From: Octopus sinensis
Taxonomy: Eukaryota
Assembly (NCBI RefSeq): GCF_006345805.1
Contig: NC_043015.1
Coordinates: 5,890,001 to 5,954,000 of the forward strand
Length of the DNA stretch: 64,000 bases
Reading direction: 5' to 3'
Shown here: positions 14,451 to 28,706 of the stretch, piece after piece
How positions within the stretch are numbered: position 1 is the stretch's first letter
Layout: the number at the start of each line of letters is the position of its first letter
The notes under the pieces: model-generated
What the model was told of the DNA's origin: nothing
The model's input: the letters and a program-made list of their open reading frames with translations, nothing else
The model's database searches: none
Made by a program: the position numbers and the translations under genes

Positions 14451-15363
14451 TGGGAAACCGCTCCCTCTTTCCTCCTTCATCCCCCTCCTCACCTTCCTTC
14501 TCCCCCATCGTCTCCTCTTCCCCCTTCTCCTCCCCCTCTTCTTCCCCTCCCCTTCTCTCCCCCCTCTTCTCCCCCTCCCCCTCTTCTCCTCACTACACCA
14601 CATGACTTTACACATCACATCACATATGATACCAACTAATACATACTAATACGTACTAATACATACTAGTACATACTAATACTTACACCAACCCTATACA
14701 TACACACGTCCAGACCCCGCATACGCACTTATACTCTCTCACACACACACACACCTATACATACCAATACGTACTAATACATACTAATACATACAATACT
14801 TACACCAACCCCATACATACGCACGTCCAGACCAATCTTACGCACTAATACTCTCTCATACACACACACACACACACACACACCTATACATACCAATACG
14901 TACTAATACATACTAATACTTACACCAACCCTATACATACACACGTCCAGACCCCGCATACGCACTTATACTCTCTCACACACACACACACCCTTATACA
15001 TACTAATACATACACCAACCTTATACATACACACATCCAGACCCCTCCCACGCACTTTTAGCTGGTCCCTCAACCCATTTATCAACCCTATTATCTCCCC
15101 TTATTTCGCTCTCGCGTCTCATGTTTGATCTTTGACCTCTGGCCGAAATCAGATCGCCATGTTGATTCGTTAGCTACTGCACGCATTTTTTTTCTCTCCT
15201 TCTTTCTGTGTTTTTCTCTCTCTGTGTATCTTTCTGTTGAAGAGCGTAGGCTCGAAACGTTAAAGACTTGTTTTATTTATATTTCCTGAGCGCCATACTA
15301 ATACAAGTGTTCGTTTGTTTTCCACCTGCCTTCGTCTTTTGTTTATTTTCATAAAGCTTCCCG

Positions 15364-15365
<2 letters not shown>
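14451..15365 (+). mobile_element. Penelope-like element 3' region: pyrimidine tract, ~120-bp minisatellite and hammerhead-bearing terminal repeat
   Basis: C/T tract at 14460-14590; about 3.5 tandem units of atacgtactaatacatactaatac...acacgtccagacccc...ctctctcacacacac at 14640-15055; minimal hammerhead motif at 15229-15266; terminus homologous to 1-92; flanked by (TA)n. Confidence 0.55.
15229..15266 (+). ncRNA. Minimal type I hammerhead ribozyme-like motif (variant core CUGUUGA)
   Basis: TCTTT-CTGTTGA-A-GAGC(GTAG)GCTC-GAAA-CG-TT-AAAGA: stem I TCTTT/AAAGA, stem II GAGC/GCTC, palindromic ACGT in place of stem III. Confidence 0.5.
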
Positions 15366-15413
<48 letters not shown>

Positions 15414-17350
15414 GATATTTCGAATAAGTAGCAACTTTTAAAATTCTCTACCAATCACTGAGACACAAAGACTTCACTAAAAGGTTATATGCAGACACGT
15501 CTTTATAATTTCAGACCCAATGCCATGCTTTAAAGACAATTAAGTAATATGTGACTGATATTTACTAGAATTCAAGAGAGACATTGCCTCGAATTATTCC
15601 AAAATGTCAAATAATATCAAATCTTAATATTGTGAGCTAATGTCTATACATTAGTGAACCATGAGTGACTTGTGGCTGACTCATTCGATTATATATTAGG
15701 ATGTTACGTAAAATTGTGATAAAATAAACATATTTAAAAAAGAACAAAACAATAAGATTGTATATAATGATGAAAATAATGAGAAGAATAATAAGAAAAG
15801 TACAATAACTACTAGGTATAAGATGAAGAAAACCAGCTATGTATGACAAGCTAAAAAGTCAATAAAAGACACACACAACTACAGAATGTAAAGCTTAAGA
15901 ACGCGCCTACTAATGCATAAAATAACATACAAGGCAATAAAACCTAATAGGAAAGCTCATTATATATTTGTATATACATACATATATTTTTCGTGTGTTT
16001 GTGAGTGCATCTATGTGTATTTATGTATGCGTAATTATATGTATGTATGTATGCATGTATGTATGTATGGATAATATATGATGCGATTCTAAAATGTAAG
16101 ATATAATTTGGTGATGTATATAGTTATAAATCTCGTATGTGTGCATGTTGTGTGTACTATATTTTAAGATTGCAAATTGTTCTACTAGGTACCTCCACCC
16201 CACTTTGTATAAACTTTATTATAGATTATATAAGTTATAATCAATTAATAAAATACCAATTTCATTTACACTAATCATGATTTCAATGTTTCATCCATCA
16301 AGACTTAAGTACATTTGCATGCATTCATATATACCAATGCATTCAGACATTCACACCCACACACCCACACGGACACACAACAGCGCACACGCACGCACAC
16401 ACAGTTTTTTAGTTGATCAGTTTTACTGTGTAGAATATTCATGGGGGAGGTTACTCATAAGTAAGCAAATCGATCCAAGTGAATGGGAAACCGCTCAACT
16501 CACAAATACCAGCACGTTTCTGCACCACCTAGTAATTGACAGAACTGCTCAAACATACTTTCCTATATTACCCTGTCATTAACGAACTACGCTCATTCCT
16601 CGGAATTTGATCAAGTTACACACACTCACACACACCAAGGAAAGTAACCCTCCCAAAATTTCACAAGACGCAGACAAAGGCCACATACAAACAATTTTTT
16701 CATAAGTCCCTGTTCCTTTCTCGAGTTCTGTCTCAATGAACTCTATTGTCCCCTACAGAAGCACGAGTAACTTTCCGACTGGATTCATCCATGCAACTTT
16801 AACATTGGATGGTGTATCAAAGGGTTTGCTGCATCGCATTTTATCACATTTACAATGATGATGCCTTTCTGCGAAAAGCCATAAGGGCCAAAGATAGATT
16901 TGTATGCCCTATTAATGTCCAACTGAAATATGACATTTTACCGTAGACGCTTTCCTCAGCTACATCAACATCACTGCGTAGTATTTCTTTCCGGCAGAGG
17001 AGAAAAATGACTTCTCTATTCCGAAATCGCATAGTCACAGAACTCGAAGTCACTTAAAGAGCAAAATCTGCTAGAAACGAGCAAGCATGATTAATGTATA
17101 TATTTCGCTCTGAGGCTCTACTGCTGTGATTCTAAAATGATTTTTCTGAGATTGTGTCCACCACAAAGAAGAGACCAACTGGAAGAACACCTGAACGGAG
17201 ACTATGTGGCGAAATGATAAGGCTAAAAGCTACATTTACACATACGTAAATGCTGAGTAACATGTCTACAATATTTAGTGATTATTGAAATATCTTAAAT
17301 ATTTCTTCCCTTCCTTACACTAACAATATCTATATATATATATATATATA

Positions 17351-17601
17351 CTGTTGTGTCTGGGGAGAGTCATTTTCTTTTTGTGCCTTATTATTTAACA
17401 CATTCACCGGTAAAATTTCCGCTTTTTTTCTTATTTTCATTGTCCTAAAATTTTAGGACAGAGAATCAAAACTATTGAAAAGGTTGCAAGACACAACGAA
17501 AATGTTAGGACAATAAAAAGAAAAAAAAAGTGGAAATTGTACCGGTGAGTGTGTTAAATAGTAAGTCACAAAAAGAAAATGACTCTCCCCAGACACAACA
17601 G
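17351..17601. repeat. Inverted repeat with ~100-bp arms (Penelope-like inverted terminal-repeat remnant)
   Basis: ctgttgtgtctggggagagtcattttctttttgtg...tgtcctaa pairs with ttaggacaat...cacaaaaagaaaatgactctccccagacacaacag. The spacer holds a decayed hammerhead layout, TTGAAAA-G-GTTG(caagaca)CAAC-GAAA. Confidence 0.85.
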
Positions 17602-19516
17602 AATATGCTTCAACACACGAACTCATATAAATAATCTTGCAAACCAACTCCAAAAACGATATATATATATACATACACACACACACACATATATATATAG
17701 GATCACTTCTCAGGCACCGAAATATGTGTGCTGTATAGTGGTATAATGTGTATATGAGTCTGTGTGTGTGTATATATGGGTGCCCGAAATATAATCTAGA
17801 ATGTCATACATATGAAATGATAAACTATTCTTTACCTCCCAATTTCACGCTCCTTGCCTTTCTTCACACATGCGCAAACACATCTATACGTAAGGATATA
17901 ATTTAATATGTATATGTGTGCATTTGATTGAATATATGTGTGTGGATGTTAGATTTGATTGTAGAATAATGGATGGATTGTATGTTATATTTAAGTACCA
18001 ACAATTTTAAACATATATACCATAGATTCGGATGAGAAGTAATGAGATAGTGTATATAAACAAATATTCACATATAGTCGTTGACAAAATAGACACCATG
18101 CAGTAATGATTAAACATAGAAAACATGCACAATTTATCAAATATCAGTGAATTGAATACATAAATATAATGGATGAGATAATACATAAAATTTATTGCTC
18201 AAAGCTGAAATGCTTGAGCGTTACTTTGAGCCACGTATTGAAAAAGAAAATAAAGTAAACCCATAGCTAAAGATCACAACAAATTATATCGCGTCGAAAT
18301 GCAAATTATATATAAAACATGATGTATGGTTTGGCCTCTTGTAGTAATTAGCTACTATAAACTCTACAGAAAATGGACTCTCTTTGCCAATATGGTACGC
18401 TTAATATATAAAATTTCAAATTGTATTTATGATCAAATTAACAAAGGATTAACTGCACCACGTTGCAGATTTTGAACAATGTCCCTCAAATAAAACAGAT
18501 TCACACGCACGCTCATACGAGTGCACACGCATACACACACACACACACACCACACACCTATACACTCATACCTATCTGTCTATTATTTATCTATGCACAA
18601 TATACACACACATAAAATATACTCCTATACACATATAATTTCATACAGGCATACATTCACATAAACGTATGTGTGAATGAATGTATATATAAATGTATGT
18701 ATATATAAATATATATATATACTTTATTTAAAGCAACGGGAAACTCAGAGTAACAGGTTTTGCTGAATTTTCTGCTGCTTTAAATAAAGCATATTACTCT
18801 ACCACTGGTATTTGAGCACTCTTTTTTCCACCTTGTTTCACATTTATGTGTTTACTCCGGTGTAAATATATATATATATACATATATATATTTACATACA
18901 CACACACATAAAAACACACAGATAAGAACACACACATATATATTGTATACTTGTGTACGGGTGTGTGCATGTGTAAGAGGCATCCCACGTTAAAGGCAAT
19001 TAAAAGGCTCTTAAAGGGAAGCAGCGTAACATTAGAGAAGCAGAGGTTTTCGCAGGCACATCAAAATATAAGATAACACTGCAATGTAAACGACAGCACG
19101 TGTACCTTCGTCTGCAATGATATCCGAAATATTTCAAAATAGTGACGAATTTACTGAAATATATTTTCATAGAGTGACAAATATTCTAGTGTGGGAATTA
19201 AGCATTTTATGCATTCACAGTTAACTCATAGTTTTATATGTTTGCGAATATGTATGCTAATGCATTGTTACGCTACTTCAGTGCTTCAGTCTTTCGAAGA
19301 ATCACTAACGAGAAATTCTGAGTTCCAAATAGATTTCAAGAAGCTTCAACACATGATAGAACATGGAATTCCTAATTCATGCATCAAGCAGATTATACGC
19401 CGTTTCTAAACACAGTCACCACTCTACACGCGCACGCACAGACGCACACACACAACACCCACTCAAATACCCACCCACACACACTTATATCTCTCTTCCT
19501 CTCTCCCTCTGCACAT

Positions 19517-19571
<55 letters not shown>

Positions 19572-21346
19572 AATATATATATAATTACAATTAGCGGAAC
19601 TTCTTCTAGCATAAGTGTTTCCACATGGTGGTAAAATTCCCTCTTATATGTATGTAATATATATATATATATATAATATATATATATATATATACTTACA
19701 TACATACATACATATATAAAGATATATATATATATATATATTCACAGACATGCACACACACTTTCTCTCTCTGTCTCTCTCTCTCTCTCTCTTTCACACA
19801 CACACATATATGTTAGTACATCTACACATATATGAATGTAGTATGTACACATGTATAATACTTATATGGACATATATATATGGTATTTATTCTGCAGCAT
19901 TATATCTTCAAAGCAAATTTATATGGTAATTCTTTCTATTAAAGAATGCTGGCATTTTATATCTTATAAAATGTGCGATAAGGAAACGCTATGATATTAA
20001 TATTTCATATAGAAGTGACTTTATTAAAAATATTTATACCATATGCCAGTTATAACCTGAAAAATTTTATAGACTTTTCTTATTCGCGTTAAGCATTTTA
20101 CATTCATCTCGTAAAACATTTTATAACACTACTGCAATTGGCGTCCTTAATTTTCGAAACACTTAATACGAAAATTACTTTGCATAATTTGTATAAATTT
20201 CAAAATGTTCCCTGGTAATCATTTAAAGGCTTTCTAAATACTTTAATAATAAAAGATGATTTTCCATGAGTATCTGAATCGACTAATATACTCAGGAGTT
20301 AAAATATGTATATCTCTTTCTTATTCTTTTCCCAGAGAAATTACTACTGGCACATTCTTAAATGAGAAAACAGTCTTTTGTAAAATTTCGAACGATTTAT
20401 CACAATCATCTCCACTAAAATTCAAATCGTTTTGAAAAAGAACCAAATCATTTATAATTAAATTATGTATATTTTTTCGGCAATTATATATAATTACTTG
20501 CAAGACATTTTTTTTTAATAAATAAAATTTAATATATTTTTTAGACACAACTACTACATCATCTTTGCTGGAAATGATTCTTTGTTTTCGTAGAATTTTA
20601 GCAGCAACAATGCTAGTAATGTTTGGATTCAGTTCTCAAGACTTCCATTTTACAGAAGATATATTCTAAGATATAATCTTAAATCTTTAACCAAATCCTT
20701 ATCTCCAAGACTGAAATGAGGACTACAATTACGAAGATGACTAACTGAGAAATAGATGCCCATAATTTAAACCAACTTTTGTTGCTAGAACTATGGGAAA
20801 TATTACAGTATCAAGATTATATTCATTTTTCTCAGTTCAGAGATAATACATTGAAACTACTAAGCATCTCGTGAAAAATTGTTTTAATGTTTAAACACTT
20901 ACGGCACGACGTAGAGAAATGCATAGCATATTTGAGATAACAATCTCGTTTGTGATTCCATGATGGATCAAACACACATCACGTAATTTAGAAATGTCCC
21001 TTAAGATATTATTGAACTTTCGACATTTACCACATCCGAATAAGGAAAAGAAAATCGTCGTTGTTTATATGATATTATATTTTCCAAAGTTTCAGAAGTT
21101 AGGAATTGTTTGATACTAAATTTTTGTATAAATATTTATCGATATTTCACAGTAGTAAGACTGAACAATGGTCTAAAATTCCTAAATATTATAAGCTTCG
21201 TAAAAGCATTTCTACTGTAATGTATGAATATGCCTGAATGTGTTATTCATTCAGACAGCTTATTAGTATTTTCTCTCTCTCTCTTTCTCTCTCCCTCACA
21301 ATTTATCTAACTATATATATATATTTACCCTATCTCTTTCTCTCTC

Positions 21347-21409
<63 letters not shown>

Positions 21410-22456
21410 GCATCCATATGTATGTATATATATATGCATCCATATGTATGTATATATATATATATATATATATATTTGTCTTTATTAGTAGACTTGTGAT
21501 CAAAAGTTTTACACATACCCATACCGTCTGTTCGCTGCGATTAGCGTATCAAGGGTCTACATTTTGCAGCATACCTGAAAACATCATATGTTACTGCTGT
21601 TTCTAGCTGATTGAGCAATATCACTGATATTTTTTTTATGTTAGCTCTTACACACATGTGTATTTGCATGAGATTTGAGACTTTGTATTTTATGGAAAAT
21701 TCCTGATAGCTTTCATGAATATTCTTTTAATATTTTGTACAATACGTTTCAAACACATTTACATGGAACCTAATAGAATGGCTTCGTTTACAGAATAAAT
21801 AATGAAGTATTTTGAATCTAAACTCTAAACTTACTAACGTCCGGAGATTACCTGAAGTTATATTTTATAGCATTATCGCTAGTGCACTGGAATGTATGCC
21901 GTATGCAACGTTACATCTATTTGCGAAAATAGAGATTATATGAGATTCAACCACGCCGTTTTGTAATAGTTTCTATTCTTTCCTCTCTGGTACCGCAAAA
22001 AAAAAATACGATAAGAAAAGAACGCTATTTAATACTTACTGGACGAAATGCAATTCCATAGTTAAACACTAGTAGAATGATGTACTTGACTTTGTCAATA
22101 TTAAGTAGTAAATTTGGTGTTGTTAACCGACCAGATGAAACCAATTTTCCAGAAGAAAAAAACGGAATTATCTCACTCTAACATAGAAACAGAAGTATTG
22201 AAAGAAATTGGGATTGATAGAGAACGGAAATTAATATCAACCTCGGTTAGAAACGATAAAAACGAATAAATAAAAGAGAAAGAAAAGGTGGAGGAGACTA
22301 GAAGAAAACCTTGTGTGCATATAAGCAAATATCTAATCAGATTGCTTTGTCAGAATTCTAGAGAAGTCTTATATTGGCAAATTGTGTCAACCAAGATTTA
22401 GATATTTTTATACATTCGCATATGTCTATCCGTGTGTCTGTCTGTGTGTCTGTATG

Positions 22457-22466
22457 CCTATCTATA

Positions 22467-22529
<63 letters not shown>

Positions 22530-22535
22530 AGAAAG

Positions 22536-22568
<33 letters not shown>

Positions 22569-22580
22569 CATGCATCTATA

Positions 22581-22642
<62 letters not shown>

Positions 22643-22686
22643 ATCTATCTATCTATCTATCTAGCTATCTATCTATCTATCCATGC

Positions 22687-22755
<69 letters not shown>

Positions 22756-22818
22756 GCTATATATCTGTCTATCTAGCTATACATGCATCTATATATCTAT
22801 CTATCTATCTATCCATGC

Positions 22819-22885
<67 letters not shown>

Positions 22886-22894
22886 CATCCATGC

Positions 22895-22925
<31 letters not shown>

Positions 22926-22964
22926 CATGTATCTATCTATCTACTATCTATCTATCTATCTATC
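22457..22964. repeat. (TATC)n microsatellite array, host site of LINE copy 1
   Basis: Directly visible, with recurrent ccatgcat interruptions. Confidence 0.95.
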
Positions 22965-23401
22965 TTTTGCAAATAAGCAACTCTCTGTTTTCGATTTCTG
23001 GGTTCATAGGACTATGCTCAAGGTGGCTTCGTCATTCAAGAATGGCACGTATGAATGACGAAGCCACCTTGAGCATAGTCCTATGAAGCCAGAAATCGAA
23101 AACAGAGAGTTGCTTATTTGCAAAAAAAAAAAAAAAAAAAAAAGAAATATAAAATGTGACTTCATTGACCGAGGTTACCGTGGTCTTTTCCGTAGGCTTT
23201 TCTTTCCACGGGTAAACCTCACCTGTCCTCCCCTTTACACTTCATATTGACATTTCTGTGATAACGATCCCTATTGATCAATTTTTTTTTTCCTCTCCCC
23301 CCCCCTTTTTTTTGTACCCCCCCCCCCCTTTTTTTTTTTTTGTCCTCTTTCTCTCCTTTTACGATCCCTTTTGATCGAAACTCCCCCTTCCCTTTTTTTT
23401 T

Positions 23402-23437
<36 letters not shown>

Positions 23438-23508
23438 CTTCAAAAGAAAAGCTCTACCTTGTAATTTGTTCTATCTGTGTGCAGCCCTGTGTGGCTAATA
23501 AAGAAACA
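22965..23508 (+). mobile_element. 5'-truncated L1/Tx1-clade LINE copy 1 with an inverted-duplicated 5' end
   Basis: 23039-23508 is nearly identical to 55702-56143 (ORF2 end and 3' UTR). 22965-23038 is the reverse complement of 23052-23125. Flanked on both sides by (TATC)n. Confidence 0.9.
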
Positions 23509-23545
<37 letters not shown>

Positions 23546-24967
23546 GTGTTTATGCGTGTGTATAAGTATATATTTATATAAAATATGCTGAAATTCATTG
23601 ATCGTATCGAGATACAGATGGTGAACTTCATTTACTCTGAATATTCTCTATAGATTTAGCACGTGCAGTCAGACATTTCCTTCACAAATTTCAAAAATCT
23701 GTAAACCCAATCTCTGACATTCTATCTCCCCTGTCTATATTTGTGATGAAAAATATTTAATATATCTATCGAGCTTATGAATATACACGCATGTGTGCAA
23801 TCCTGATGTGTGTTTGGTTCAATACTTTATAATGTTGCAGAGGTATACAGTGAGGTTGACATTACGGATCCTTCCCCATGCAAATAAATATGAAGAGCTT
23901 AGCTTATTTGCTATTCACCACTATCCCCTATTCATATATAAATTGCAGATTGACAAACATCTCATTCAGATGTTGTATTATATGTATTTTCAATTAATCG
24001 AAGCTCACGTTACCGTAAGACCCACATAAACTTATACGGGACATGACTATTTGTTCGACCATCTCCTGTACGTATTTTAATTACAGAATTCTACCAATCT
24101 TTTGTAGAGATTAACCCCCAGCCACCACCACTACCACCATCACCATTGACCATACTTTGAAAAATCTATTGTCCGTAGTAGCCTGTGCAGGCATTGATCT
24201 GTATCCTCGTAGTTATAAAGCCAATTTCATGCAGACAAGTTTATACACGCACCTGTATATCTTCACTGAACGTGTGACAAAACCTTTAAATATACTTCAG
24301 CCGTATTCTTTTCAACGTAACTGAATTCAACATACCTTCAACATAATATCCATCTCCCAGTAAAGGAAGACTATGGCATTATATGAAATAATTATTATCT
24401 AACGAATTTTATCAGTCACGACGCTTTCCCTTAAATTTAGTTTAATTTATATTCGCAAATGTCTCATTTTGACGTTTATTAGATTAAGAATGGGAACGCT
24501 TTTTTTTTTATTATGCTTCTAATGCAAATTTTACCATTAATGCTAAACGCAGAGATGCATCGACAATAATAAAGGAATGTCGAGTAATGTCACTCACTTT
24601 CACTAGTATTAGCCATTGGTCTACAGACTATATTAGTCATGATTATAATGGTCTTCATATATAATATATATATCAAGACCATTGCTTATTGCCTCCCCGA
24701 TATTATCCCCCCCGTATTCTTCGAATAGTTGATCTCTGTTTGAGTTTCGTATTTCTGTATGCCGTTGCCAGTTCTTAAGGAGTAAAGGAAAATCAAATTT
24801 CTACCGATGTACGCAAGTATACATAAATAACCACATGGATTCAGACACAGACACGCCTACATGCTCAAATACATATGCATGCTTGTGTGTGTGTGGGTGT
24901 ATGTGTGTGCATGTCTGAGTGTGTTTGTGTGTGTTTGTGTTTCCTATAGTTTCAGCTCACCGAATTT

Positions 24968-25360
24968 TACGAGAGTGAGTTGAAAATGTCATACAGCCAC
25001 TAAGAAGGCGTGATGCTAAAGCTGTGAGATCCTACAGGCATTAATTTCAACTCCTGTTGTTGATAACTCCGTTGTTTGTGTTCAGGTAGATTGATATCTG
25101 ACAGTTCAAAGAAAACTTCAATTGTTAGTAGTAGCGATTGTTTTGAAAATGGACCAAATGTGACATCTTGGTATGCGGATAAACGGTTTAGTCTCCAAGT
25201 CAATCAGGCTGAAATGGTTGCTACATCTGACGATGGTGTTCTAGCTTTATCAACAGTGCAAAAGTGGGCAGCTGAATTTAGGAGGGGAAGGGAGAGTCTT
25301 GAAGCTGATCCAACGCCTGAACGTCCAACAGCTGCTACCACCGAAGAAAACATCCTCAAT
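24968..25360 (+). mobile_element. mariner transposon remnant (5' end and transposase HTH region)
   Basis: It starts TAcgagagtgagttgaaaatg. Translation LSTVQKWAAEFRRGRESLEADPTPERPTAATTEENI matches the mariner N-terminal motif (TVxxWxxxFxxGxxSLEDxPRSGRP). Confidence 0.8.
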
Positions 25361-25695
25361 GAAGGAAGAAGGGACTGGATAATACGAACCAACCTTACAA
25401 AAGTATAATCTATTTAGGTGGCCACCATTCGAAAAATTTTGCTCCTAGGTCTGCTTCATAAGCGAGAAGCTGATTCCAAACAATAAAATGTATATTTATA
25501 CTGTAGGGCACTTGGTAGAAGACAAGTTTTTTAGAGCATAATAAATACAAATACACTATTATCGGACAGTACTTTAACTACGTGGTTTCAAATTTTGGTG
25601 CAATATCAACAGACTCCGAAAGGATGAAAAGATAACTCGACGACGGTGGAATACTATTCTGTATACATATTAATATAAATATATCACTGAAATAT

Positions 25696-25952
25696 CAGGC
25701 TGTGTAAAAAGTGAGCAATATTTTTAAACATGAAATTCATCACAATATATTTTAACAATGCGGAAGTTTTATTCATCAAAGTAAGCATCGTTACAATCAA
25801 CACATTTTTGTCAATAAGTTACAAGTTTCTTTATTCTGGTAACATAAAAATCTGGAGTCTTGGAGCTGATGAATTCTTTGATCACACTTTCAGCATCGGT
25901 TTGATTTTTTAACTCCTCTCGCAGGAAACCAACAAGGTGTTTGAATAAGTTG
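25696..25952 (-). mobile_element. mariner transposase C-terminal remnant (Hsmar1/cecropia-like)
   Basis: Minus strand reads LFKHLVGFLREELKNQTDAESVIKEFISSKTPDFYVTRIKKLVTY*QKCVDCNDAYFDE*, resembling mariner FKHLDNFL...FYATGINKLISRWQKCVDCNGSYFD. Confidence 0.8.
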
Positions 25953-26172
25953 CAATTATAAAGCGGTTCAAAATGTTGCTTAATTTTTACCCAACCTGAT
26001 AGATTATAATGATCGATTGTTCTAAGGTAGCAAATTGAGAGAATGGGTAGAAGATTGGATAAAATACTCTGCTGGAAATGTCCCGTTTCTCTGCTCTCTA
26101 AGTTCAAATCCTACCGAGGTTTTGCATAGGCAATCTTTTTCTTTAATCCTTTCTATGCTGAAAAATAAATGA

Positions 26173-26242
<70 letters not shown>

Positions 26243-27161
26243 CTCTTCACCTCTCTTCACCTCTCCACCTTCTCTTTCTCCTTGAGAATAAACTGCCTGA
26301 AAAGGTCAGCGTAGTAATGTTTACGTGACAGAAGCAGACATTTAACCACAGCTCTGTGGTCACTGCCCTCACATTCCTTTTACCAACAAAAATTTTGGTA
26401 GTTCAATATAAAATTGTATCGTTTAAATCTTTTAAAAATGTAATGACAAGAAGTTTTATCTCCAAGAAATTTGCCTTGCCAATAGAAACCATTTCATCGA
26501 GGGAGCTTAGCTCCATATACCTTAGCTCTATATTAGAATAAACAGCTTTTTAAAAAAATATCTTTAAAGGGTGCCGTTATCAGTGAAAGAATCCATGCGA
26601 GATTCTAAACGTATGGGCATATTTTTATTACATACAATTAAGATGTAATACTGTAACACCTCTGATGTTTTTCAGAAGCACCGAGATGGTTGCGGAAATC
26701 AACGAGCATACGCGACTACTTGCAAAGAAGTAATTTCAGTTAAGACAAATTATGTGATACTTGCGGGCATTCAACCGCGTGGTTCAAGCAAAAAAATGGG
26801 TTGCATGAAGGTCGCTCTCATCTATGTTTGACGAGCCTTCCACACTGCCTCCAAAGAAATTTCTCCTGAAGTACCTTGGTCGACTATGATAAGAGAGACA
26901 CACTTAGATACATCGGGAAACTATCTGTTTGTGGGTCAAAAATCCAACCACACTACTTTACATATATACACGGTTTTCTATTTTCGTCTGAAAACTTTTG
27001 GGTCAAAGGGTCATACCGATTTCTAACTTATAGTCTAAAAATGTACTACTAATCCTATTGGTGTTATAATAAATATTCATGGACTGTATATGAATATAAA
27101 TATGAGTATCAAAGAGTACTTTACATACATACATATCCATGTACATTTCCATGTATGTATG

Positions 27162-27223
<62 letters not shown>

Positions 27224-28517
27224 ATATATATGTATGTATGTATATGTATATATATATATATATAGTGTGTGTATATCTAGTGTATATATATGTGTATGTA
27301 TATATATGTCTGTCTGTATGTATGTATGTATGTATGTGTATATGTGTGTATGTATATATGTGTGTGTGTGCGTGTGTCTATGGATATATTCATAGAAAAT
27401 CATAAATTTATATTCATATATACATAATGAATATTTATTACGTTCACCAGTAGGATTATCAACGCAATTTTCGATACTACATAGCTAATTGTCATGAATT
27501 TTCGACACTCACAATACGTGTATGTGCTACCGCTAGCTCGGGCGTGCGTGTGTGTGTGTGTATGTACGTATGTTCATGCGTCAGTAGAATGCTACACTTG
27601 TAAGTTGAAATGTCATAATGACCTTACGGGATAGCACATAACTAATTCAACATTTTATTGCCCATCATTTAAATAATGATGAAAACCCGATGCGTCACAT
27701 GTATGTAAGTTGCTGTATGTATTTATGCGTGTGTTTCTATATGGGGGACTTACGACTATATACGTCTTTGTATGTGTATCTATTTACTAATCTATATTAT
27801 CTTTTCTATTTCCACTTTTCAAATACGTATTTTTCGTTATTGTGGACGAAGCAGAAAATTCTACTAAATGATTGCTCAGTTCCACATTTACAACATTAGG
27901 TTTTTCAACATTTCCTATCTAGTTACTTATTGAAGGAACTTATTTAATCGGTACACTTATAAAATACGAAAGCAACATTCATTCGCTCTATTACATATCA
28001 CTGAAGCTTGAAGACGCGCTTATTATCGCCAACTTTTGCAATATTTCAGTCACAGTTCAGCGCTAGCCACGGTTCATTTACATTCAATTAAAATCACAGT
28101 TCTATCTATTATTGGATACAATTTTACCGATCAATCTTACGTTAACGGTTTAATAGCTCTGTCACCAATTGCTAAATTTTCTATTTATTCACCAATAAAA
28201 TTCTATTGTGACTAGATAATTTGAAATATTTTCGACCTATCAGAAGCACAAAATTTGAACATTGTTATATGCTGCCCAATTTTAACATTTCCAAGAAGGC
28301 TAATAACATCCATTTGGTCAGATTTTGGCTTAGGAGACACATTCAAGGTTCAAACATTCTTGAGATAAGTGAATGGAATTATTGAAAACTTAAGCCGTTT
28401 CTCAATGTGCGTGTGTGTGTCTGTGTGTGTGCTTTGTGTGTGTGTCTGCTTGGTTTGTGTGTGCTATATATATATATATAAATGTATGTATATATATATA
28501 TATATATAAATACACTA

Positions 28518-28566
<49 letters not shown>

Positions 28567-28611
28567 CACAATGTTATATTGTTTGTATATATATATATGT
28601 GCATATGTATG

Positions 28612-28645
<34 letters not shown>

Positions 28646-28706
28646 TATATAATGTATGTATATATATATATATATATATAAATACACTATATATATATAT
28701 ATAAAA

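Noticed and set aside
14640-15055. Repeat-spacer appearance suggestive of a CRISPR array
   Set aside because: The units are whole tandem repeats without unique spacers, the context is eukaryotic, and there are no cas genes.
20321-20548. 75-aa minus-strand ORF in AT-rich sequence
   Set aside because: No recognisable domain; it may be a very old transposon fragment, but this cannot be supported.
22034-22170. Open minus-strand frame ending FNYGIAFRP before a GTAAGT donor-like site
   Set aside because: The NYG lacks the GNYGLxDQ context, the phase does not match the 2656 acceptor, and there is no clear acceptor.
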